From a virus, in IMG/VR virus record IMGVR_UViG_3300028115_000009, positions 23,573-87,572 of that record: 64,000 nt of DNA; one strand, written 5' to 3'. A model generated the notes under the pieces. That model saw nothing but the letters and a program-made list of their open reading frames with translations, did not search any database and was not told where the DNA came from. Positions within the stretch are counted from its first letter, which is position 1; each line of letters starts with the position of its first letter. The translations under genes and the position numbers were made by a program. Below are positions 24,701-36,000 of this stretch, piece by piece.

Positions 24701-26698
24701 TTAGACTGAGAAGATTCTCCATCCGTAAGTTGTACCGTGCCATATAAGATCAAATGCAGCACCCTCTGTATTTACTGTTAAGTTGGCCGCGTCGCCTTGA
24801 ATCGGATTACCGTTTCGTGCAATAGTTAGTGCGTTTGAATCAAATGTTTTTCTTAAATCTAAGAATCTAATAGTATCACCTTTGATAAGTCCTGAAGAAC
24901 CTGGTAGTGTAATAGTTCTTGCCGCTGCTGAAGTATCAACGAAGTAACAGTTCCAAATAGCTGCTGTTATGTTTGATGTTACATCACTGTAGTAGAAACC
25001 TTGTCCTGCTGCACGCCATGACGTTCCGTCACTAAATTCAATACAATCAATATCTGTGTTGTAACGTAAAGCACCGTCTACACCAGTTCCGCGTTGTGCT
25101 GTAGTACCACGGGCAATTTGAGTATACCCTGTAACGTTGTGATTAAATCCACTTGAAATTGTTAAACTACCGTTAACTGTATGACTATCAGATGTAGCAT
25201 TACCTAAGGTTACGTTACCATTTGCACTTAATGTGCCGCTAACGCTTACGTTACTAGTAAATGTGCCTGATGTAAATCTACCAGTAGAAGCAGTTGTAGC
25301 ACCAATGCTCATGTTGTTGATTGAGCCGCCACCTGCTGGTGATAGTGTTACAGTACCTGATCCTGTTGGACTTAGTGTAACGTTTGCACCCGGGCTTAGT
25401 GTAACTGTTGAACTTGCAGTTAGTGTTGTAAATGCACCAGTGTTTGCACTAACGTTACCTACAGCACCTTGGAAACCGCCACCAGCGTATATACGTTTAG
25501 CAACAGCAACACCACCGTCAATTTGAACTGCACCAACTGTTGTGCTACTTGCTTCTGTTGTTGCGGTAAAGTCTACAGTTGAGTTTGATGCAAGTGTAGT
25601 AAATGCACCGCTATTACGTGAAGTATTACCAATTGGAGTATTTTGAATACTACCTGCATAAATTGCGCCACTTACACCCAATCCACCTGTTACAACAAGT
25701 GTACCACTTGTAGTGTTAGTTGATGCAGTGTTAGCTGTAAAACCTACACTACTGTTTGCTTCTATGCTTGTAAAGAAACCTGCATTACGAGTATTTTGAC
25801 CAACTGTTCCTGTAAAGTCTGATGCATTTATGCGGCCGCCTACACCTAATCCACCTGTTACAATTAATGCACCAGATGATGTACTTGTTGATGCACCAGA
25901 ACTTGTAGCAGTAATAGTTGGAGCAGTAACTGACGTAAATGCACCAGTACTAGGATTAGTACTACCGATACTCATGTTACTAATTGTGCCAAGTGTAGTA
26001 GAACTAATAGTTAATGTTCCGCCTGCATCAATACTAGTATTGCCAGCTGGATCGATAGTTACGCTACTGCCTGCTCCTGTTGGACTTAATGTTACTGTTT
26101 GCGCATTTGATATTGCACTAATATTACCAAGCATAGTTGTAGTCTTACCTACATCACCTACACTAACTGTGCCGCTTGCTGAACTAATGCTAGCATTGCC
26201 AGTTGGTCTAATAGTAACTTGTGCACCAGGTTGGATCGATACTGAACTTTGTGGACTAATGTCAACTAAACCTGTCCCAGTTGGTTTGATTTCAACATTG
26301 TTATCTAACGGATTAAGTTCTACTTTGCCATCTGCGTTTAGTAAATCATTAAATGTTACTGGTAATTCAAACGTAGTAGGACCCGACAATGCACTTGTTA
26401 AAACATAGTTAGTGCCATCCGAAGTTAAAGTATAAGTAGAGTTAGTTGGAATCTCAATGCTAACGCCAATTGTAACACCGTTACCAATAATTTGTCCTGC
26501 TGCTGTTTCTAGTGTAATACTACCAGCAGTTGCATTGTAAAATGTTTGCTTACTACCGGGGAAGAATACTGGACTAACAAGCGTTACAGTATAGCCCGGG
26601 GTACCAGTTAAGGAAATTATTCCTCCGGTAAATGCGTAAGTAAATGTCTGCGCACCCGTAACTTCTAATGTTTGAGGTGCTGTATTATAACGTGCCAT
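24701..26698 (-). CDS. Tail fibre protein
   Basis: S/T/G-rich repeats (STxTxSGALxVxGGLGV, GAFTTL), GTTAQR..GALRYNT module and C-terminal YFVDTSAAARTITLP...GDTIRFLD...LTIARNG...GW domain. Confidence 0.75.
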   Translation of the reverse strand: MARYNTAPQTLEVTGAQTFTYAFTGGIISLTGTPGYTVTLVSPVFFPGSKQTFYNATAGSITLETAAGQIIGNGVTIGVSIEIPTNSTYTLTSDGTNYVLTSALSGPTTFELPVTFNDLLNADGKVELNPLDNNVEIKPTGTGLVDISPQSSVSIQPGAQVTIRPTGNASISSASGTVSVGDVGKTTTMLGNISAISNAQTVTLSPTGAGSSVTIDPAGNTSIDAGGTLTISSTTLGTISNMSIGSTNPSTGAFTSVTAPTITATSSGASTSTSSGALIVTGGLGVGGRINASDFTGTVGQNTRNAGFFTSIEANSSVGFTANTASTNTTSGTLVVTGGLGVSGAIYAGSIQNTPIGNTSRNSGAFTTLASNSTVDFTATTEASSTTVGAVQIDGGVAVAKRIYAGGGFQGAVGNVSANTGAFTTLTASSTVTLSPGANVTLSPTGSGTVTLSPAGGGSINNMSIGATTASTGRFTSGTFTSNVSVSGTLSANGNVTLGNATSDSHTVNGSLTISSGFNHNVTGYTQIARGTTAQRGTGVDGALRYNTDIDCIEFSDGTSWRAAGQGFYYSDVTSNITAAIWNCYFVDTSAAARTITLPGSSGLIKGDTIRFLDLRKTFDSNALTIARNGNPIQGDAANLTVNTEGAAFDLIWHGTTYGWRIFSV

Positions 26699-26712
26699 AT
26701 TCTTCTAATCCC

Positions 26713-27033
26713 TTATGTAGTTGATGTTTCAATGCCGTATACAGTACACCCAACGTTCGCTTGTGTTGAATACACAACTAAGTTTAATCCGCCCTGCATT
26801 ACTAAACCTGTACGCTCAAATACACCATTTGGAATTAATACAGTGTTGTACTCAATCCATTCTTGATCGGTGGGCGTAGCAGTTGTTGCCATTGCTACAC
26901 GTATATTTACCGAAGTTGTATTCCTGTTTGTTAGTGAGATATTTGCCACAGCGTAGGTTCCTACTGGAACTGTATACGCTGTAGTATTTGTTGTTGCAGG
27001 TATATCTACGTTACCTAGTCTTCCTGTTGCCAT
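26713..27033 (-). CDS. Small virion protein (about 110-aa family with 46788-47117 and 56716-57066)
   Basis: YTVP..ANISLTNRN...IPNGVFERTGLVM...YGIE beta-rich pattern; follows a giant structural gene. Confidence 0.6.
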   Translation of the reverse strand: MATGRLGNVDIPATTNTTAYTVPVGTYAVANISLTNRNTTSVNIRVAMATTATPTDQEWIEYNTVLIPNGVFERTGLVMQGGLNLVVYSTQANVGCTVYGIETSTT

Positions 27034-27048
27034 TTGTTTTCTCCGTTG

Positions 27049-30000
27049 TTATCTTGCTAAGAAGAATCCTAGTGCAACTGGAGCACCATCAATTCCACCT
27101 GTAAAGTTCATCTTCGCTTTAATATTTAGCTGTCCGCCGTTGGTAGTTGTTATTTCATCGTTTGCAATAAACACAACACCTGAAGTTAGTGTGTTAACGT
27201 TCAAACTAGACTGACCGCCACCAATCTGTGCAGTAATGTACGATTTAATCGCACGTTGCGTTGGAACAATGTTATCACTATTTGCAGTAAAGAATGGATC
27301 TGTACTGAACTGAGTAATAACAGCTGAACCAATACCAAGTCCAATACCGTTAAGCTGCAACGATTGTAGACCTGCTAAGTTAAACGCATCTGCATCCAAT
27401 GTCGCTGTACCAGTACTCTGTTGAACACCGAACAATCCACCAACGTTAAAGTTACCGTCTTGGTCAGTACTTGTAAAGAACACTCGTCCGCCACCACTTG
27501 ATAGCTGTTGCACATCTTGGTTAGCTGTAGTAATATCAACATACGGATAGTTAGTATCAGCTTGGTTACCAGTACCAATGTACAAGAAGTCATGTCCTGT
27601 TAGACGTACTTGCGAGTACTTATTAGTTGTAGTAACTAATGTACCGTCTAGAGGTGCATCAAGTATAGTTAATGCAGGACTAATTTGGAAAGTTGCATTA
27701 TAGTTGCCTTGACTTCCAAGTATGCCGCTCACTGCTACTAGTTTGTACCAAGTACCAGTTTTGCTTGCAAACACAATGTTTGAACCAGGTATCGGTAAGT
27801 CAAACAATCCGCGTACAGCAATAAATGTACTTGCCTGGAACAAGTCTGAATAGCCATCGCCTGCTACTTCAACTGTTGCTGTTTGATAACCTGAACCTCT
27901 GTTAGTGAAGCTTGGGTTAGCAAGTGCGCCATTGCCTTGTCTTGCATGAACCGGAGCATCAATAGTTGAGTTAGGATCAGTAATAGTTGCAATCGGCCCT
28001 GCTTTAAATGTTGCTCCAGTTAATGTAGTAGTTTCAATAGCAACCGGTGTGCCACTACCTGCAATTAGACTTACAGTAATAGTTGTTCCACTTGGTATAG
28101 TGTTAATATAGTATGGTGTTTCATTTACTAATCCTGAATCAGTAACATTAGTAAATGTAATTGGTTGATTCTGTACTAAACGTGCTGTTGAATCTAAAGT
28201 GATTGTGTTCGCACTAGTAGTACTTACTACTGTTCCGTTTGGATAACCTGAACCAGGTTCAACCATTCTAGTCGAAATAATAGAACCATCAGTTTCTACT
28301 AGTCTACCTAATGCTTTAGCACCAGTTTCAACATAGTTAACAACATTATTTGCTGCATTAGTAAATGCTGCCCAGATTGGCTTGCTATTTGGATTACCAA
28401 ACACTAGCCCGTTCCACGCTGCGCTTGAACCAAGTGCTTGTTCATTCCATGTAATACCGTCTGTACTTGTTGCACACACCGCAGTACCTTCGGCTACTGC
28501 TATGAACAAACCTTGTCCATATTTAACTTTAGACCAGTTGCCTGCTGTTGGTAATCCTGCTGGTGATGCAACCCAAGTTGCACCTTTGTCGTAACTAACT
28601 GCAACTTCTCTGCTACCTGTTGCAATAGCAACAAATCTACCATTTCCGTATGCAACACTAGCCCAAGTATTTGAGGATGGTAATGTACCACCTTCTGCCC
28701 AAGTAATGCCGTTAGCACTTTTTGCTACTTTATTGCCACCTGTGTTGATTGCAACATAAGTAGCTGCGCCATATGCTACACCGCTAAATGTACCAGCACT
28801 TAATGTAATGTTAGTTCTTGAAACCCAAGCACTGCCATCTGTTGATGTTGCAGCACTTCCTGATCCGCCTGCGCCGCCTACTGCAACATACACTCCGTCA
28901 CCATAAGTTACAGAAGTAAAGTTGCTGTTTGGCAATGCAGTTCCTGCACTCCATGTATTGTCTGACTTAGCATTAGCAAGTGTTATGTTAGCGTTACTTG
29001 TACTACCGTTTGCAATAGCTACAAACTTGGCGCTTGCATCAATAATTTCAATAGTAGGAACACTAGTGTATCCAGCGCCTACTGTATCAATAGTGATACT
29101 TGCTACGCCTTCGTTATCCATAACTGCTGTTGCTGTTGCAGATTCTGATGCGCCTCCGCCACTAATTGTAACAGTAGGTGTAGTTTTGTAACCATTACCA
29201 AACGAGTCAACAATGATTTCAGTAACTTTATCAGTTTCAGCAGTAATAGTTGGAACTGCGCCATAACCAGCACCTGTACTTGTCATGATTACTTCTTGAA
29301 TCACTCCATTAAGAACTGTACATACTGCACTTGCGCCACCGCCGCCTGATGTTGGAGTAATAGTTATCGTTGGAGCACTTGAGAAACCTTTACCGCCATT
29401 AATAACATTAATCTGTTTAATCTGCGTCGGTCCTGGTAAGCCAATGCTGTTTAATTCTCCTAGTTCGGCCTCAAGCACTGCGCCTGATCCGCCTAATCCA
29501 CCAATAATAACACGAGCTGTTGCTCCTGTGCCGCCACCAAACGCAACATCTGCCCAGTTAGCACTTGTACTTAATGCACCACTTGATGTCCAAGTTTTGC
29601 CATCAGCAGATGCATAAGTAGCTGTTCCGCCATTCTGTAGAGCAACAAAGTGTCCATCAGCATATGATGCAGCTCTAATTGATTCTGTACCACTTGTAGT
29701 TGTTGCTGTAGCAACATAGCCTGGACCTGTAAACTTAATGCGAGGCTCAATTGTGTAGCCAGATGTTAGATCTAGACCAGCAGCAATTGGAGTTCCTGGA
29801 ATAACATGATCCCATCCCGCAGCATATAGTGTTACACTACCTGTAGCAGTTGACAGCGTTACATCTGCTCCGCCTTCTTCGTCGCTAACTGTAAACTGTG
29901 TTCCACTTGTTATAGCAGTTACATAGTAATCATTAGCAGCAGTTAATCCACCAATGTCATCGCTTAGATAAATTGGCATATCAACATACAATGATGCTGT

Positions 30001-33000
30001 GCTTGCAACTGTTAATACATTTGTAGTAACTGTAGTGTTAGTAACTGTTAAGTTTTCAAAGCTGTCTTTATAAACTTTAGCAACTTTAAGACCGTTGTTA
30101 TATGTTAAAATGTTACCATATTGTCCTACGCCAGTACCTGCTGTAATCTGAATGCGCATACCGTTGTATGCCCCAAGCAATGCTGTATCAGTAGCAGCAA
30201 TAGTAGCACTAATTAAGTCACCGCCCTGTGCAACGTTTTTAGCAGTTACATAATCTGCACCACCTGTCTCGTTACCGTCATCTAAGTCAATTAAGCGTGT
30301 TTCAAATATTGCACCGTCACGTGTTTCATCAGCAATAGTTGTTGCGTTAAAGCCTGATCCACTAATTGCATATTGTGCGTTAGTGTAATCGCGACCAGCG
30401 TTATCAAATTCGAAGCGGAATACTTGTTGATCACCATCAGTAATAACTTCTGATATGTATGCTTCTTGTGACAAGTTATCAACTTCACAGTACAATGGAA
30501 CTTCACCGGTATCTGTGCCTTCAGCAATCGTACCATATGTACCATATGAACTGTTACCGTTTGTAGCACGAATACGTCCACCTAAGTCGGCTAAGTATCC
30601 TGAATAGTTGTAGTATGCGAACACAGACACAAGTTCTGTTAGTGAGTTATTACCGCTACACCATACACCGATACCATCTGATAGTACTTGTGTAAAGTCG
30701 TTGCTAACTGTTGATCTGTTGCCGCCAGCGTGTAATGCACCATCAATCTTGTTACCAACACAACCAACACCAAAGTTAGTTACGTTCTGAATGTATGGAG
30801 ATTTATTAGTAATCCATGCTTCTGTATCCCATGGACCAAATCCTGGATCAAGCGATACATATGCACCTGCTGTTGGACGTCTTGTACCAAACTCATTAAG
30901 TTCAGTTAAGTTTCCTCTTAGACCGCTTAGTGTCATATTACGAACACCAGTTGAGTTACGTACATAGAACATGTCTGAGCGCTCTGAACCTTCTACTGCA
31001 TTCAAGTACAATATTGCAGCTCTTAATGCATGGTGGTTTCCTGGATACTGTAGATCATGTGCTACAGCTTCAACATAACGAATCATGTCTCTACGGCATG
31101 CAACAGGATCAAACGAGTATGTAACTGTAGCTTCTGTTACTCCGCCTGTTACAATAGTTACTTCTGTGCCACCAATAGTTGTGCTTACAGTGAATTGCTC
31201 AGGTGCTAATATCGCCTTTACATAATAAGTAATGCCCGGAGTCAATTCATCAATTGTATCACTAAACACTACAGGATCATTAACTGCTAAATTATGTGCC
31301 GTTGATGTTTGAACTGCGTTATTACCATTTGACACTGCTGTAACTGTATTACTAAATGTTTGTGTTACCCAAGCAGTTGCTTCATTTGCTAAGAAATTTT
31401 TGTTAGCTTTAAGAATTTCAACACCTTTTGCAACTTCAACGTTGTTGTAGTAGGCAATAGTGCCAGTAGTTTCCGGAGTTTCATTAACACCTTTGTCAAG
31501 CATATTAATGATAATATCCATTAAGCTATTTGCTCGTTTTACTGCTGTTGGAGAAGCGGTAATATATGATGCTATTTTATTTTTAAGTTCTCTGTATGAT
31601 TGTACAGTTGCAGTTTTCTGAGCACCTAGTACTAGATCTGCTTGCGCACCGCGATAATATGCACTTGCTGCTGCAATTGTGCGATAGTTACTATCGACCA
31701 TCATATCGTAACCAATAGCATCAACAATGTAGCCAACGTCTCTTGCACACTTATCTTCGTCGTACACTAGTGTTGGATAATTATCTGCAATATATTGAGT
31801 AATAGCAGTTTTAATAATTTCCTTAGATCCTGATAAGTTGAGATTTTGTTGCTTAATGACAGCATTAACACTACTAATATCTGGATTACTTTTATTAACT
31901 ATTAGTGTTTCTGTACTAGTACTATCTGATAGTACATGTGTTGTACCATTAAATGTTTCTGATATTGTAAAAGTAGTAGTATTTGGAACACTCTTAATAT
32001 AATAAATTTGACCGCCTGTGACTGTATCAAATCCGCTCACTGATGATACTTCATCGCCTATTTTAAAGTTATGTTCTGCATCTGACGTTAATACATTAGA
32101 TGTTACGTCAACAATTGTAACTGTGTCAAATGCTGAAACACCGTCATTAATAAGTGCAATAGCATAATCCATTAGTGCTACGACTCTTAATGCTGAGTTA
32201 GCATCACCAATAATTTGTACATTTTCGTCTCTAAATACAGGTGTTACTTCAGTTTGAATTGCATAAGGACTTCCTACTTGGTTTATTGCTAAATCACTTG
32301 CTAAGAATTTAACCCATTCGTAGGCTGCGATTGTTGCAACTTTATCGTTTTCGTCAATTTGTAACGTTGTGCCTACGTAGTATGCCATTGCTGCTTCTTG
32401 AGTTGCAGAAGTTCCGCCGTATACTAAGTCGTAACGTAATGCATCGATTAATAGTCCTACGTCACGAATACATTTTTCTTGACTAAATTCTACTAATGGA
32501 TATTCAGCTGCAATAAATGCAAGAACTTCTGCTTGTATAAACTCTTTGTTATCCCAAATAGTTATAGCAGCCGCAGCATCATTTTCGTCAACTGTTGATA
32601 ACGCTTTAATTCTAAGTGTAGGTTTCTTACCGCCGTCAATGTATGCTGTAATGTCATTAATAATAAGTTCTGCATGTGCAGACGCTGTTGTTGCTGCTAT
32701 GTGTTTAACTTTTTGTTTCAAGAAGTTAACAGCACCTACTGATGCATCTAACTGGTTGTTTGTAACAATTGCAGTTGATGCAAGTATTCTGTAGTATGCC
32801 ATTCCTGCTTTAATTGAAGCAAAGTTTGAACCAGTTAACATGTCACGTATTACTGCATCAGTCATTAGACCGGTGTCTCTACGACAAGTTTCTTGATTGT
32901 ATTGTAGTTTCTGCCAGTTCTTCTCTACCCAGTAAACTGTATCTTCAATAATTTCATATCTACGTGAAACTAATGCATCATAAGATGTTTTAACTTCAAG

Positions 33001-36000
33001 GCCAGCCCAATCAGTTGCAATTTCAATAGTAGCATTTGGCTCACCGTTGTTAATCCAATCTAATACATCGTCAACACGATCTTCAGCAAATTCAATAGAT
33101 GCTGCATTACCAGCAGTTCCACTAACATCTTGTGTTAAAGTATTGCCAGGTGACTTAGTCCATGAACCTGTGTCTTCTGCAATAACCCAACCAATAACAT
33201 CGCGCATTCTATCGTATGCACCTAGTGTTGCTGGAAGTTCGTTGGCACCAATTGTTAATACAAAGTTTGAGTAGTATGCACTACCTGCAATTAACGACTG
33301 TGTGTTACCACCGTATGTTAGATCGTAGCGGATAGCATCAATAATGTAACCAACATCGCGGATACACTTATCTTGTGCGTCTGCGCCTAGTGTAGCCCAG
33401 AATGTATCAAAACCGTTATTGCTATCTTCTAACCACTTGCGTACTTCTAATTGAATAAACGCACTGTTTACTGCTAATTGATCAGCTGCATTACCGTATG
33501 TAGTAGTAACACCAGTTGTGTTGCTAGTAGTTGCATATGCAGTATCTACTAGGTTAGCAGTGTTATAATTTGTCGGAGTCGGCAACACATAAGCCGGAAC
33601 AGCAGTTAATCCACTTTGAACAACTGTTTTAATTGTTTCTGCTTTTGATGCTACTGCAAGTGCTGCTGTTGTTGTACCAACTTCACTTGTTGAGCCTTCC
33701 GTAAGCTGTGTAAGTGCTTCATCAATAAAGCTAATAGTACTTAATGTTGCTGCTAATTGATTGTCAATGACATATTCCGTTGATGTAATACCTCTACGGT
33801 ATGCCATACCTGCTTTTGCACTACGGAAATCACTACCAAATAGTACGTCATATGCAATTGCGTCAACAATGTAGCCAACGTCTCTTGCACACTTAGCTTC
33901 ATCGTAAGTTAAGTCTGGATAGATAAAGTTAATGTAATCAATTGCACCCTGTTGTATAACAGAACGTCTAGCATCGATTACAGATTTTAGATCTACCAAT
34001 GCACTATCAACCCATGTTAGCGACGGACTAATTAATGCAGGTGTATCACCTGTATCAATTGTATTATAAATTTCGTTAATGCGATCTTGAGCAAATGCTG
34101 CTGCGCCTGCACTACCTGCTGTTCCAGTAATGTCTTGCGTTGCTGCGTTGCTTGATGACTTTGTCCAACCAGCAGTGTTACCGATAGCAATGTTATCAAT
34201 GATGTCTGCTAAACGTGCTTGTACAGCTAGTGCAGCAGTCTTTTGATCGCTTGGTTCTTGGAATACTCCATCAACATAGTAAGCTCTAGCAGCAACAATA
34301 GTTTCTAAGTTACCACGATATGTTAAGTCATACTCAAGTGCATCTAGAATGTATTCCATGTCACGTAAGCATGATGCTTTCTGATCTGAATCTAAGCTAA
34401 TCCATAATGCATTGTAGTTGTCAGTCATGTATGCTTCAACTTCTGCAACTAGGAAATCTTTGTTTAATTTAATTAAACGTCTTGCATTAAAGAATCCAGT
34501 ATCATATCCTGTTGGATCAGGAATTACAAAACTTGTCGGTATTGAACCAGATCCATTTTCTAAGATATCAGCGATAAGTGCAGTACTTTCAGCTACTTTA
34601 GTAGTACCTGTAGTAATAGCTTTGATTTGCTCTCTAACATAATCAATAGAACCGATAGTAGGTTCTAGCTGGCTGTCAAGAACTATTCCTGTAGAAGCAA
34701 TGCCTCTACGATATGCCATACCTGCTTTGAGTGAACGGAAGTCACTACCGAACATAATGTCGTAACGTAGTGCGTCAATAATATATCCTAAATCACGTGA
34801 ACACTTAGCTTCATCGTATGTTAAGTCTGGATAATTTTCATTAATCCAACTAATTGCGCCTGCTTGAATTGTTGCTTTTGCAGCTACGATTGCTGTATTA
34901 ACTGTAGTCAATGTAGTAGGCACCCATGTAATGTCAGCAGCAACTTCAGAAGCAAGTGTACCGTCTGTATCAATGGTGTCATAAACTTCTTGTACTAATG
35001 CTTCTGCTTTCGATGCTGCGCCTGCGCTGCCTGCATCATTATCTTTATTTTGTAATTCGCCATTATCTGGACTTAATACAACATCAGTTTCAAGAATAAC
35101 TTCGCCTACAATAGTTTTCAAACGTGCATAAGCAGCAAGTGTTTCGTCTTTTTCGCCAGCGCCGTAAACAGGACTACCTTCTACAAAATAAGCTCTTGCA
35201 GCTACAGTAGTTTCTAAATTTCCGCCGTATGTTAAATCGTAAATGATTGCATCAATAATGTAACCAGTATCTCTAGCACATGCTACTGCATCGTAAGTAA
35301 ATGCCGATGTAAATGGTGCAGTTTCATTTAATACTTGATCTGCAATCCAAGCTGTAATTTCTGCTTGTAAAAATGCCTTGTTAGCTGTTAACTGTGTTAC
35401 TGCATTTGCGTAGCCACTGTCACTGGCATTACCAGTTCCGCTTGTCGGTGTAGGATTAGATACTTCGTAAGCATTTGCAACAGATATACCATTTTCAAGA
35501 ATATCTGATATTAATTCAATGCCAGTGTTTAGTCTGTTAGTTGAAGTTGTTGTACCGCCATAACCGTTAATATACGCTTGAGAAGCAGTGTTTCCTGATG
35601 TTGGAGCAATTGCAATATTTTGCATTAGATCAGGAATTAAATCTTTAATTCTGTTCAAAGCACTTGTAGTTTTAGATTTATCATTAACAAGTAACGGAAC
35701 TGCCGGAGCAGGCTGTATTACAGAAGTACGTAATTCGTCACCAACGATTGCAGTGTATTCTGGTACAATAATTGGAAGTATTTCATTGTAAGTACCAGTT
35801 TTAATAAACACTGTTGTATTTGGATTTGTTACAGTAGGTATAGCTGTTGCAGAACCTGCACTAATACCAGTTGTAATAATATCAATAAGATTAGCTGCTT
35901 TAGAAATTCCAGTTGCTTCAGCTTCTAATGTAAAGTCGATGATTTGTACAGATCTATCTTCAAGTGCAACACCGTTTAAAGATTGGTAGCTAAGTGGTTG

